Source: Eledone cirrhosa | Taxonomy: Eukaryota | Direction of reading: 5' to 3' | Length of the DNA stretch: 64,000 nucleotides | NCBI GenBank assembly: GCA_964016885.1 | Contig: OZ024754.1 | Location: forward strand, 31,496,001-31,560,000 | In this document: positions 1-14,632 of the stretch, piece by piece | How positions within the stretch are numbered: the first letter of the stretch is position 1 | How the letters are laid out: every line of letters starts with the position of its first letter | Notes under the pieces: model-generated | Told to the model about the DNA's origin: nothing | The model's database searches: none | What the model saw: the letters and a program-made list of their open reading frames with translations, nothing else | Program-made: the position numbers and the translations under genes

Positions 1-99
1 CCTCCGTCAGTTGCAATGATGATTGTTCCAGTTCAATCAATGAGATACAGCTTGATCATTAAAATAAAGTGCAAGTGGCTGAGCATTCCACAGACCCCC

Positions 100-532
100 T
101 ACTCTCTCTCTCTTTCTCCCTATACTTTTCCTTTCACTCACCTTCTCTCTTCTTTACACGTTCTCCCTCCCCACTCTTTTTCTTTCATTCACTCACCTCC
201 TCCTTTCTCCTTCTCCCTCCCCACTCTCTCTCATTCACTCACCTCCTTCCTTCTCTCTCTTCCTTACACTTTCTCCCTCCTCACACACTCTCTCTCATTC
301 ACTCACCTCCTCCTTACACTTTCTCCCATCCACCTCTCTCTCACTTTGACTTTTCATTGCATTCACCTCCTCCCTTCTTTCTCTTCCTTACACTTTCTCC
401 CTCCTCACTCTCTTTCATTCACCTCCTCCCTTCTTTCTCTTCCTTACACTTTCTCCCTCCTCACTCTCTTTCATTCACCTCCCCCCTTCTCTCTCTTCCT
501 TACACACACTATCTCTCCCTCCCCCTTCCTCT
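100..532. repeat. Pyrimidine-rich degenerate tandem repeat
   Basis: Recurrent TCATTCACTCACCTCCT..TCCTTACACTTTCTCCCTCC. Confidence 0.85.
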
Positions 533-3173
533 CATCTATTAATGATAAAACCAGAGAATTCTTTGTAGTTTTACAGCCACTGTTTTTCTTATTATTCTGA
601 ATTGGCAGAATCAGTAGAGCAACAGACAAAAAAACGTCTTCTTCGGACTCTTTACCTTCTCAGTTCAAATCCTAAAAGTCAACTTTGCCTTTCATCTTTC
701 CAGTTTTTAATTTAGGCACAAGACTGGCAATATTTTTATTTTTTTGGTGGTGGTGGTGGTGGTGGTGATGGTGGGTGGGGAGAGTTTTATATATTGACCC
801 CCACCCCCGTACTTTATTTTATCAATCCCAGAAAATCCCAGAAAAGATGTAAAGAAAAGTTGACCTTGGCATGATTTGACCTTAGAACATGAAGAACAAG
901 ACACAAATCCTGCAAACAGTTTATTTGTTATTTTAACCCTTTAACATTTACATTGCTCTATATTTACTATGGCATTTTCATGGTAAAGGGTTTCATCATC
1001 ATCATCATCATCACCCTTTTACGTGCGTTCTTCCACACTAGCATGGGTTAGACAGGTGGGGGCAATGCTAGGTCGGCTGACCTTGTCTGGTTCATACGGG
1101 AACTGATTTTGGCTTAATTTCTACAGCTGGATGCTCTTCCTAACACCAACCTCATTGACAGTAAGTACTGGGTGCTTTTTTTACTGTGGCGTCTACACGA
1201 CCACTTTACAGTGTGGGCTGGGTGTTTTTTTTGTCGCGACCACTTTGCAATGGGAGGGGTGGGGGCATATTGTCTATATGCTTCAGCTTCAGCTTGTACC
1301 CATGGGAAGTTGGGTCTTCTGTATTACTGCATGACTACATTCAATACCATCATATTCTAGTGTCCATATAAAAGTTCTGTCCCACAGTGACACACATACA
1401 GCCCCTATTGCTCAAAATCTCTCCTACCCATAACCAACATGTAACTTCTTTGTTCTACTCCCTCCCCTCTCATCTAAATACATCTTCCCTCATTCATTTT
1501 TTACTGTGGCGTCTACACGTCCACTTTACAGTGTGGGATGGGTGATTTTTTGCCGTGGCACCTCCATGACCACTTTGCAGTGGAATGATAGAGACCCCAG
1601 TCCTATCATCTCATTTCTACAGCTGAGTAAACTGGGGCAATGTGAAATAAAGTGTCTTGCTCAAGGAACGCACACATCACCCGGTCCTCACATAATTATC
1701 TCACATAGCATTTACATTGCTCTATATTTACTATTATATTTTCCAATATAGTTACGTCCCTTTACGATCTGAGTTCAAATCCCATCGAGGTTAACTTTGC
1801 CTTTCATCCATACGGGGTCGATAAAATAAAGTACCAGTAATGTACTGGGTAATTGCTGGCCTTGTGCCAAAAGTAGAAACAATTATATTTCCATGGTAAA
1901 GGCTTTATCTTACATTATTATATCACATAATATTGAATCTATGAGATTTTGATATTATTCATCTTAAGAACAATACCTTAGCATCAGTATGAGTGGCCAG
2001 TTACAGCTGGTTTGAACAGAAAAAAGTGAGAGAATTCTAGCCGGATATAGCCGGTTTAAATGCTTAAGGGTTAACACAGTTATGGGCAAACTGTGGCCCA
2101 CAAACCTCATGTGCTCTGTTTGACTTTCTGAATGGCACACCTGATTACAAAACCGCCTTGAATTCTTTAGTAGTGTAGCCTGCCTTATGATGAGTTACAT
2201 CCTATGTGGCCCACTGCTCAAAAAATGTTGTCCATGCCTGATCCACTCCTAAAAACTAGACATGACAGTGTGGTTTAATAAATTCACTTAACAACCACAT
2301 GGTTTCTGGTTCAGTTCCACTGTGTGACACATTGAGCAAGTGTCTTTTACTATAGTCTCAGACTGACCAATGCCTTGATAGACGGAGACTGTGTACTAGG
2401 TGCATGTCACTGTGGTCCTGGTACAAGTAGGGTCATTATGTCTACGTTATCTCATTTCAATCACCAACCGCTTTACAGAGTGTACTGGGGGCATTTTATC
2501 ATGGCACCAACATTACAGAAGTTATGTCCCGAGCAGGGCTAAAGAGGTTATCTCAACACTATACCGCACTCCATTCATCAACCACTTTACAGAGAGTACT
2601 GGATGCATTTTATCTTGGCACCAACACTTGCCATACAATGCCTCTATTCATTCAGGACAACTTATTTTATTTTTAACCCTTTAGACAACAAAGCTGCCTG
2701 AAGCCACTCCTGGTTGTATGATACAAAAATCTTCCATCATAATTTTATGTAAGAACCTTTGTTAAGTCAGTGTTTGTAACAGCATAACAAAAGTGTTCTT
2801 ATGTAAAATTAAGATGGAAGGTTTGAATTTAAATATAAACATTTAAAAATTATGTTTTGTATCATATACATAAAGGAAGTTTCAGATGACGGTATTTTTA
2901 GATGATATGGTGTGGTTTGGAAGGAGAAACTTAATTACACTTTTTAATAGGTTGAGCCACAACACAGAAAGCATCGTTAGTTTGGTTGGTATTTCTAGTT
3001 GTTCTTTTTTTTTTTGTTTTAAGTTCAATTTACAAGATTTGATAAGGCCAGATAGCTTTACGAAAGCAATCATACAGTGGAATTTATGAGGATAAAAATG
3101 TTTATTTAGTATTCAGTAACATAAATGATATCACAAAGAAGATTTGTCTTCAAATCTTTAACTTTCTAGAAAT

Positions 3174-3993
3174 AATAATTGTTTCTACTTTAGGCACAAG
3201 GCCAGCAATTACCCAGTGCATTACTGGTACTTTATTTTATCGACCCCGTAAGGATGAAAGGCAAAGTCAACCTCGGCGGGATTTGAACTCAGATCGTAAA
3301 GGGACTTAACTATGCTGGAAAGCATTGCGTCCGACCCTCTACCGATACTGCCAATCCACCGCCCTCTTTCTAGAAATAATAATGATTTCTAATTTAGGTA
3401 CAAGGCCATCAATGTATGGAGAGGGGAAAGTTGATTATTTCAACCTCAGTATTTGACTGGTACTTTATTTTATCGATTTCAGAAAGTTGAAATGCAAACC
3501 TGACCTTGGCAGAATTTGAACCTAGAACAGTAGGAATTAAATATTGCAATTTTGTCCAATTTTTTCTGGTTCTACCCACCTAATAATAATGGTTTCTTAT
3601 ATAGGCACAAGGCCAGCAATTATGGGGGAAGGAAAAGTCAATTAAATCGACTCCAGTACATTACTGGTGCTTTATTTTATTGATCCCGTAAGGATAAAAG
3701 GCAAAGCTAACCTCGGCGGGATTTGAACTCAGAACGTAAAGGGCCATAACTCTATACTGCAAAGCATGGCGTCTGACACTCTACCGATACTGCCAATAAT
3801 AATAATAATAATAATTGTTTCTACTTTTGGCACAAGGCCAGCAATTATCCCAGTGCATTACTGGTACTTTTTTTTATCGACCCCGTAAGGATGAAAAGTA
3901 AAGTTAACCCTGGCTGGATTTGAACTCAGAATGGCAAGGGCCGTAACTCTATGCGTCAAAGCATGGCGTCCGACCCTCTACCGATACTGCCAA
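3174..3993 (-). mobile_element. Cluster of four same-orientation Meta-like SINEs
   Basis: Copies at about 3174-3363, 3378-3580, 3585-3795 and 3812-3993, each joined to the next by an (AAT)n tail. Confidence 0.8.
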
Positions 3994-4380
3994 ATAATAA
4001 TGGTTAATAACAACAATGATGATAATTCTTTTTTCATCAAATGTGATGACAGTAAATTTTACATAACAAGTTAGAATTTAATTAGTTTCTAGTTGTATAA
4101 TTAGTAAAAGTGAAATAGGATAACACTTTTAAACCCAGAGAAGACTTAATGAGCACAGCACTAATTATAGCCAAGATGGATTAAAGGATTAACTAAGCAT
4201 CTCGTTATCTCTTCTGTCTTTATTATAATTCTGTTAGATCTAATTTTAATTATTTAACTGTCCACACTGGCCAATTATGAATTAATTCTTAACATCATGC
4301 AATGATTTAGCAGAAAATATCGAAAAACTGATTTGTTAATTCAAATGCTTATAGTAACTTTACTATTCTGAAAATATATA

Positions 4381-4582
4381 TTAATCCTTTAGCATTTATA
4401 TTACTCTATATTTACTATTATATTTTCACAGTGAAGGCTTTACCTCATATAATATCGAATCTATGAGATTTTGAGGACAATAACCTTAACATCAGTATGA
4501 GCGGCCAGTTACAGCCAGTTTGAACAGAAAGAGGTGAAAGAATTCTGGCCGAATACGACTAGTTTAAATGCTAAAGGGTTAA
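4381..4582 (+). mobile_element. TTAA-flanked piggyBac-like MITE, family 1
   Basis: TTAA-(T/C)CCTTTAGCATTTA...TAAATGCTAAAGGG-TTAA terminal inverted repeats. Other copies at 5953-6169, 15290-15527 (reversed), 30695-30911 and split around 932-2074. Confidence 0.78.
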
Positions 4583-5169
4583 CTAACTTTTTAATGTGAT
4601 ACAGTCACAGTGCTGTTTTGTACTTTTTAACAATGTCTAGTTAATGTGGTTTGATGTGGTACTGGACGTTAATAGCTAATTACTATGTTTTCTTTGCTCT
4701 GGAAAATGAATTTCTAAGCCTTTCAAATGTATGTTGAGGGTACAGTGCTTAGCTCTGGCTACATAATCTGCTGTTAGCTCTTTCATTGTTATATTTGGTT
4801 GGTGTTTGGAAGAGCATCCAGCTGTAGGACCCATGCTAAACAAAATGGCTAAAAGGATTCTTCAGCTGTATTACAGACATGACAATCTCACAAGTCCAAT
4901 TCATCATTACTGTTTAACATCTATTTTCCATACTTGCATGGCTTACAAATTGCATGTATGTGTGTATGTATGTATGTATGTATGTATGTATGTATGTATG
5001 TATGTATGTATGTATGTATGTATGTATGTGTGTGCATGCCCATATGTATGTATGTATTTGGTTATATACTTTTGTGTGTTCACAGTAAAACATAAATATA
5101 CCTACACACACAAACACATCATCATCATTTTATCCCTGCTTTTGTATGCTTGGATAGGTTGGAACACTT

Positions 5170-5261
<92 letters not shown>

Positions 5262-5952
5262 TGTGTGTGTATAGAGAGAGTGTATACAATTTACATTTGA
5301 GAAGTATTAATCTTAGGGTGAGCAGCCAAGCGTAAATCAATTTGCTCTAACGAACTCTGTCTAAGGCTGATATATAAAGCAGAGAGTTAAGATGTGTATG
5401 GAACTACAGAAATATCTGTGGAACTAGCAGAATTACAGGAATGAAAACCATGCCAACACAGGAATACCAAAGAAAATACTCTAATGTTCATAATGTTTTC
5501 ACCTTTTTACATGACTTGGCTAAGGACTGGCATTTGAATTAAGGAAATATATGAGTGTATACTTATACATATATATACACATAGATAAATAGGTGGTCTA
5601 TTATTTGTGTTATAAATATTTACATACATACATATACATACATACGTACGTACATACATACATACATACATACATACATACATACATACATGCATACACA
5701 CACACACACACATATATATACACATATATAGCCGGCTGAATAAAGACTTGCCTCCAATGAAGCATGATTTATAGTTTACATTATGTTACAGCTTGATTCT
5801 TGGTAATGCTAAGGTGATACTTTTGATACTTTGATATAATGTAAACACAGGCTTTCTGGTGAGACTTCAGTTAATGAGGCAACCCTCTATGAGGTCACTC
5901 GGCTTGCTAGAAAAGCAACCAAATGTCCCTCCAATAACATACCCCGACTGTC

Positions 5953-6169
5953 TTAACCCTTTAGCATTTACATTACTCTATATATACTATTGTATTTTCA
6001 TGGTAAAGACTACCTCACATAATTATCTTACACAATATCGAATTTATGAGAATTTGGTATTATTTATTTTGATAACAATACCTTAACATAAGTATGAGTG
6101 GCCAGTTTGAACAGAAAAAAGTGAAAAAATTCTGGCCGGCTATGGCCAGTTTAAATGCTAAAGGGTTAC
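5953..6169 (+). mobile_element. piggyBac-like MITE, family 1
   Basis: TTAACCCTTTAGCATTTA...TAAATGCTAAAGGGTTAC. Confidence 0.78.
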
Positions 6170-7746
6170 ATAAGGAAGTTCACATTGTATATTTTCTTAA
6201 ATATGCCAAAAGATGTGATGGTCAAAACTGGAACACCTTTGATATAGATCTGCTATATCATCGTTAAGCCCTTCATTACCATATTTCTAATGAAAAACAC
6301 TCAAGTCACATATCAAGATAGTCAAATGCCAGGACTTGACTGACTGCTTCCTCATTGCACCAGTCTCTGTTGAGACTTCTGCCATCCTTGGCACCCACAT
6401 TGTTGATTTCCTCCATAAAACCGGAAGGGAATCCCGTGAGGTGGAGTGGCTGCTGCAGTGAGTATTTCTGGCCCTTCTCCATGGTAATGCTTTTGCCGTC
6501 TTGTCCACAAGGCGTGGCTAAGGTATTGCACAACCTGGGATATAATGATTGTCCCTCCTCCTCTCTTTCGTTTGTTGCTTGATCCTTCTTTCTTCCCCTT
6601 TTCATTTTAGTAGTTTTTCTGTTCCCTTTAATACTGGGTATTGTTTTTATTATATATACAATTCAGTTATTTTTATATAATGCCAATGGCTTTTCATGAC
6701 ATTGTGAGATTTTGTATATTGAATAAATCCATTAAAATTAAAATTATTTCATAATGCTTTATAAACTTGATTTTAAAAGGAAAATGAGTAAAGAATTAAG
6801 ATAAAATATTAATAAATATATTAAAAACTTATGAGAAGCTCAGTGAAAGCGCATGGCTTAGTGGTTGTGAGTTCAATTCTCGGACTGGGTGATGCATTGT
6901 GTCCTTGAGCTAGACACTTTATTTCACGTTGCTCCTTCTACCAGGAGTTGCGACTGGTAGATAGTATCAGCAATGGAAAGACCAATGGGAACAAAAATTT
7001 TGACTGGGTCCACCCCACTTGTCAAGCAAATGAGGTTTGGGATCTTGTCAATCATATAACGAAAAAAAAATGAGAAGTTCAGAGAAATGTATTAAAGATT
7101 ACTTTTAAATGTAGATAATGCAAAGAAAGTTTAATCAAAACAAGATGGAAGATTAGAAAATCTATTAAAGATTACAGGAATATCAGAAACATTTATTATT
7201 GATTGTTTATTGGTAACAGACTATTATCATAGAGTTTCTGTAGTTTCCATCTACCAAATTTCACTCATAAGACATTGGTCAACTTGGGTTATATTAGAAG
7301 CCACATGCCCAAGTGGTCATGCAGGGGAATTAAACTCTATCTTAAATCCGAACCCATATGGTTATGAAGCGAACTCCTTAACCACACCACCATGTTTTTA
7401 CCTTCTATAGCATGAGTGAAATTGTGAAGCTATATGAAACACCTACTCATATCTATCTTGTGTCAATAAAATACCAAACTTTAGCAATTATATTGTGCAA
7501 CGAAATTCACTGAGACTTGTACAAGAAGAATATCAAAAGATTTTTCAGGCAAAACTAAAACTAGCGTGAAATTTCTAACAAGGTAATATCTGTTTATTTA
7601 AGTCACTCATTTGTCAACAATAACACACCATTTGCTGATGCTGCCATCTTGAAACTGTAAAATTATTTTATATTCACCAGGTTATTCCAGTAGTCACTAT
7701 ATCACTATATCACTCTAACGAACTGAACAAGTACAACACACGCATG

Positions 7747-7778
<32 letters not shown>

Positions 7779-7847
7779 CATATTTCATATATTTGTAAAG
7801 CTATACAACAAAAGGCAGCTGTTAATTAACTGCCTGTTATATATACA

Positions 7848-7887
<40 letters not shown>

Positions 7888-8096
7888 TGTATACACACAC
7901 ACACATATTGTAAGATGATACACTGAATATAGAGAAAAGTTCAGAGAAACAGTCAAAACATAAAACATAGGACAGCATCCAGCTGAAGTTTACACAAACA
8001 CACATTCATGTTGGAATAATGCAGAAGATAAAAATAATAAGACGAAATATGTAGAGATTAATTTACAGATAAATAAATATAGAATGAGAAAGATTA

Positions 8097-8997
8097 TATA
8101 GATAGAAGAGCCAAGACACGTAACCACATAGTAAATATATTTGAAATGGTTACATAGATAGAAGAGCCAAGACACGTAACCACATAGTAAATATATTTGA
8201 AATGGTTACATAGATAGAAGTGCCAAGACACGTAACCATGAAAAGGTTACATAGATAGGAGAGCCGAGACATGTAACCACACAGTAAATATACTTGAAAT
8301 GGTTACATAGATAGGAGAGCCGAGACATGTAACCACATAGTAAATATACTTGAAATGGTTACATAGATAGGAGAGCCGAGACATGTAACCATGAAAAGGT
8401 TACATAGATAGGAGAGCCGAGACATGTAACCATGAAAAGGTTACATAGATAGGAGAGCCGAGACATGTAACCATGAAAAGGTTACATAGATAGGAGAGCC
8501 GAGACATGTAACCATGAAAAGGTTACATAGATAGGAGAGCCGAGACATGTAACCACATAGTAAATATATTTGAAATGGTTACATAGATAGGAGAGCCGAG
8601 ACATGTAACCATGAAAAGGTTACATAGATAGGAGAGCCGAGACATGTAACCACACAGTAAATATATTTGAAATGGTTACATAAATAGGAGAGCCGAGACA
8701 TGTAACCACATAGTAAATATATTTGAAATGGTTACATAAATAGGAGAGCCGAGACATGTAACCACATAGTAAATATATTTGAAATGGTTAGATAGATAGG
8801 AGAGCCGAGACATGTAACCAGACAGTAAATATACTTGAAATGGTTACATAGATAGGAGAGCCGAGACATGTAACCATGAAAAGGTTACATAGATAGGAGA
8901 GCCGAGACATGTAACCACATAGTAAATATACTTGAAATGGTTACATAGATAGGAGAGCCGAGGCATGTAACCACATAGTAAATATATTTGAAATGGC
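8097..8997. repeat. Minisatellite with mixed 56-bp and 41-bp units
   Basis: Constant GGTTACAT-AGATAGGAGAGCCGAGAC-ATGTAACC plus either a 22-nt or a 7-nt linker. Confidence 0.95.
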
Positions 8998-11900
8998 CAC
9001 AAAAAATTTCAGTAGAAGGAAACTGCATTAGAGAGAAACCAAGGAAGACCTGGACAGTAATTGTGAGAGCTGATCTCAAATTCCAGGAGCTTACAGAAGA
9101 GATGATGAAGGACTTATTGAACCCATGCAAGCATAGAAAAGCTGACATGTGAGGCTTTAGTCAACCCAAGGCTTGCCCAAGGTGTCATGCAGTGAAACTG
9201 AACTCCAAACCTTGAGATTGTAAAGTAAACTCCTTAAACCCACAAATACACCTGCAATCTATTAACACCTTTCAAAATGGAATAATGTCAGTCATATGAT
9301 AAACTGAACAAAACCAATTTAAATAAAAGTGAATGTTTGTTTGAAGACCAAACTATATTTTAGATTAATACTACCCATTACCACAACCCTTCTCTCACCT
9401 TTACCAATATACCATTACCATTATCACTTTACCACTCTCTTACCTCTAACCCTCTACCACATCATCTAGCTATCTGTGTAAAAAGGGAAAGCATAGGATA
9501 TATCTCCGTGTTCTGTACCTGTCATCCTCTACTGCAAGGTTTCCCAACCTGGCCGATATTGCCCACCAGTCGGTAATTTCAACTGTTGGGTAGGTGAGGA
9601 GCAACTGAACAGAAAATGGTGGGTGATATATTATCTTGAGTATTAAGAAAGGTATTTCAACATATTCTACACAAAAACAAAAAGTATTCAAAGGAGATAT
9701 GCAAAGAACCTGTATTAAAAAAAACAAAAAACTGGAGGCTAAATGGGAATAATGAACCAGTAACAAACTTTTACCAAATATTTTTGGTATGCTTTTGAAT
9801 ATTTACTATACAGATGGGTGGTGGAAAATGTTTCCATGTGAAAGTGGGCAATGACATAAAAATGGTTAGGAACCCCTGATCTACTGTTAAACAGCATTTT
9901 CTATCAATTCCAACTGAGACGACATTTACCATCACATTCCTGTAACATCATCATCATCATCATCATCATCACCCTTTTACGTCCATTCTTCCACACTAGC
10001 ATGGGTTAAACGGGTTGTCCAGTTGTGGGCAATGCTAGGTCGGCTGACCTTGTCTGGCTCATACAGGAACTGATTTTGGCTTAATTTCTACAGCTGGATG
10101 CTCTTCCTAACACCAACCTCATTTACTGTAAGTACTGGGTGCTTTTTTTACTGTGGCATCTACACGACCACTTTACAGTGTGGGCTGGGTGTTTTTTTTG
10201 TCGCGACCACTTTGCAATGGGAGGGGTGGGGGCATATTGTCTATATGCTTCAGCTTCAGCTTGTACCCATGGGAAGTTGGGTCTTCTGTATTACTGCATG
10301 ACTACATTCAATACCATCATATTCTAGTGTCTATATAAAAGTTCTGTCCCACAGTGACACACATACAGCCCCTATTTCTCAAAATCTCTTCTACCCATAA
10401 CCAACATGTAACTTCTTTGTTCTACTCCCTCCCCTCTCATCTAAATACATCTTCCCTCATTCACAATCATATTCAAACTCTCCCCTCACTTTAACCTCTT
10501 CATCATCACATTGGTTGGTGTTAGGAAGGGCATCCAGCCATAGAACTTATACTAAACATTGAAATGAACCAGCAGGATGTGGTCATCTGGCCATCTGGGA
10601 GAGCAGTAATTGTGAAAGATGTGGAGAGATGTACTGGAGAGGACTCAGCCAACCCATGAAAGCATAGGAAAAAAAAAAGCGGATGTAAAAAACGATGTTG
10701 ATGATGGTGACAATAAATAATACTATTAATAATAATAATGGTTTTTAACATAACTGACAACAGAGACTTGTTCTATTTTACACATCAGTGTTAATTATAG
10801 GAAGTGATGATGCAGTGGTGAGTATCCGTCTGTGAAAGTAATTGCCACATAAAAAAAAAAAAAGTGAAAGAAAAAAAAAACCTTTTAAAACACAAAAGCA
10901 TCCGATTCATCTTCACATGGAAAAACGATTTGATATGAAACCGGAAATATAAACGTATCTCATAGCTTGCCTATAGAAGACACTAGGACAGTGATAGATA
11001 GAACATTTATAAAACATAAGCATGGCTGTGTGGTTAAGTGGTTCATTTTATAACTACATTGTTTTGAGTTCATTCCCACAGTGTGACACCTTGAGCAAAT
11101 GTCTTCTACTGTAGCCTCTCTTTAAGTAGTGCCTTGTCAGTGAAATATGGTAGACAGAAACTAAAGCTTGTCACATATATATATATATGAAAGGGTTAAA
11201 GTCCCCTATGTTCATAACTTCTGAGGTGGTGGTATTTAGACATGGCCTTGGTCAATACTGGACGAAACCTATCAAAGTTATATATAATGAAATAATTGAC
11301 AATTTTAGTAAATCCCTCAAATTTCTTCATTAACTAATTGCGATGATGATGATTTATTTCATGAGAAATATTATCATGAAAGGGTTAAAGTCCTCTACAC
11401 TGATTATTTTCCAAATTATTTGAAAATCACATGCTGTGTCTTTTATTAAAAATATGGAAACCAAAGGGTTATAAATGTTTATATTTATCTAAAACCCTTC
11501 CATCACAATTTTATGTAAGAACCTACATTAAGTCATGTTCCAAACGCAAGTTAAATAATAAGAAGTTATATTATTTAATCCTTCTAAATTCTTGATTATT
11601 TTCAAAATTATTAAAAATCCATAAGCAGTGTCTTTTATTAGAAATATGGTAATGAAAGGGTTAAGTTTAAGTTAATTGACCCCTATTAAGAGGGTTCCCT
11701 GCACGTGACCCTTAAAGCCGGGTCACACAAATTAGCTTTTCTTTCAGTCTTTACTAAGGATATCAAGTGATAAGTGAAATTATAGTTAGTCTATGCAATC
11801 TAGACAACCACAACCACCACCACCACTGTCATCACTTCTACCAACAGCACCATCACCACCACCTCCACCACTATAACAATTGCCACCAACATCACCCCGT

Positions 11901-12821
11901 CACACGTCGCCACCACTACCACCACCAACATCACCCTTTACATTCTAGTATCAATTGAATTATCCTAATAAGATGCAAACTTAATTACTGTGATTGGGTT
12001 AACTGTAGCCTGTATATTATAAACTTGTACCAGATGTTTCTCATATGTTCCCTTCACAAATTAATGATGAAGTTCCTATAGATATAGGCTTCTTGGTGGT
12101 CCTGCCTGTTGTTGTTACAGATCACACATATGTAGGGTTAGCTGGCCTCCTACCAGGTTGCATCACATAGGTTTCTTGGGTGCTTAACTCTTCTGATACT
12201 AACTCAGCCAAAACCAGCTCTAGTTCTATGAAATAAATCCACCTATTTTAAAGAATTCCCTCTTAATTTAAAATCTTTCAACATAATTTCATGTAAGAAC
12301 CATATGTTAAGTTACTACTTTAGTAATAAAATAATTAATGATTTTTGTAAATCCCTCATAATTTTTCATTAATTGAAATAAAGTGTATTTCAGGAGAAAT
12401 GTAGACATGAAAGGATTAATTATAAGCCCCCCCCCCCCCCCTCCCAGTCCTATCATCAAAAGACTCCTACTGGAGTGAAAGTAAATATGTTAGAGATTAT
12501 CCTCCTCCCCTAACTGAATGGACAGTGGTGATGGTGGTGGTAGTTGTTGATGCTAGACTTCACTTCTATGTAGGTTTAGCTGGCCTTCAACAAGATTGCA
12601 TTTCATAGCAGGTTTCTCTGGTGTTTTAAAGATAGGGTTCCCATTTTTATTATATAATGTCCCACCCTGGACCAAAAACATATCTGTTGCAGGAGTTAAA
12701 CCCCCAGCAGCTGCTGAATAAATTGAAGCAACATGAAATAAAAAGTCTTGCTCAATGACACAACACACTACCCAGTCTATGAATCAAATCTGCAACCATA
12801 TGATTATCAATCTAACACCCT

Positions 12822-12932
12822 TAACCATTAGACCAAGTGTCCCTGTCTGTATACCTGGTAACCATTAGACCAAGTGTCCCTGTCTGTATACCTGGTAACC
12901 ATTAGACCAAGTGTCCCTGTCTGTATACCTGG
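12822..12932. repeat. 37-bp tandem repeat x3
   Basis: TAACCATTAGACCAAGTGTCCCTGTCTGTATACCTGG. Confidence 0.9.
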
Positions 12933-13750
12933 TTGATATTGGTGAAGATGAGAGGCAAATGAATAATTATAGTAAAAAAAAAAAGGAAAGGAGTTGATTG
13001 TCAGATAAGACCAAGAAAACAATATTTCGATTTGGTCATTTCATTGCTGATACTCTCTGCTGGTCACAATTCCAGACAGAAGGAGGTGTATCCCATCTGA
13101 CTCTTTATCAATTCAGATAATCCATTGCCTCCCGGATGAAAGGTGGTAAAGTTAACATTAGATGTTAAGGGCCAGAGAAAACTGAGAATGTCTGGAGCCA
13201 GAAAAAAAACAAAAAAAAAAACAACAGAAATCATCTCACCCCCCCCAATATGCTAACAATTCTGTTGATACACAGACCTTGGATGGATGAAAGACAAAAG
13301 TTGATGTTGGCATGATTTGAACTCAGGGGCACAGAGATCTACAACACACACAACCCTATGAATTTTATATACTGCAGTATGGATCCTAGTTTAATTGTTT
13401 TGCAAACTGTCCTTATCAAAATCTACAAACAAGATTACACGCAATAAAAAACTGCTAGCAGTCTCTGTTGCACTTTTTTGCAAATGTAATAAAAAACATA
13501 AATATGTGTTTGTTGTTCAGTTACAGGCATGTCTTTGTAGCTGTTGAAATTGTGTGAACTTGTTGAAAAAGATAATAAACATGTAGGAACATGGAGCCTG
13601 TCTCATGAAATGGCGTAACATTGCCTGCCATGTGGGATACAGGCACCATGCTTGATGCTAACAGCAAACCTTGTGTAAAGGATTACATTCTGATGTAGTT
13701 GTGTGACGAGCATCTGGAATCTATTTATTGTTAAAGTGTGAAATGTCTTG

Positions 13751-13751
<1 letters not shown>

Positions 13752-13810
<59 letters not shown>

Positions 13811-13859
13811 CATATATGTGTTGTGTGTGTGTGTGTGTGTGTGTGCTGCATATATATGT

Positions 13860-13890
<31 letters not shown>

Positions 13891-14632
13891 CATATATATG
13901 TTGTGTGTGTGTGTGTATGTTGTATACATATGTATATTGTGTGTATGTATGTGTTGTGTATGTATGTTGTGTATGTATGTATGTGGTGTATGTTATGTAT
14001 GTTATGTATATATGGTGTGTATGTATGTATGTGGTGTATGTTATGTATGTATGTTATGTATGTTGTGTATGTATGTGGTGTATGTTATGTATGTATGTTA
14101 TGTATATATATATGTATGTTATGTATGTTATGTATATATGTTGTGTATGTATGTATGTGGTGTATGTTATGTATGTTATGTATATATGGTGTGTATGTAT
14201 GTATGTGGTGTATGTTATGTATGTATGTTATGTATGTTGTGTATGTATGTGGTGTATGTTATGTATGTATGTTATGTATATATATATGTATGTTATGTAT
14301 GTTATGTATATATGTTGTGTATGTATGTATGTGGTGTATGTTATGTATGTTATGTATATATGGTGTGTATGTATGTATGTGGTGTATGTTATGTATGTAT
14401 GTTATGTATGTTGTGTGTGTATGTGGTGTATGTTATGTATGTATGTTATGTATATATATATGTATGTTATGTATGTTATGTATATATGTTGTGTATGTAT
14501 GTATGTGGTGTATGTTATGTATGTATGTGTATGTATGTTGTGTATATATATGTATGTATGTTGTGTATGTATGTTGTGTATGTGTATGTATATATGTATG
14601 TATGTATGTTATGTATATATATGTTGTGTATG
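13752..14632. repeat. Compound (GT)n/(GTAT)n microsatellite with higher-order repetition
   Basis: Recurrent blocks of ATGTGGTGTATGTTATGTATGTTATGTATATATGGTGT. Confidence 0.9.

Noticed and set aside
2882-3089. Short ORFs on both strands
   Set aside because: Under 70 aa, AT-rich, with no motif or splice support.
8097-8997. CRISPR-like array (palindromic repeat plus spacers)
   Set aside because: The linkers are two recurring sequences, not unique spacers. The context is eukaryotic and there are no cas genes.
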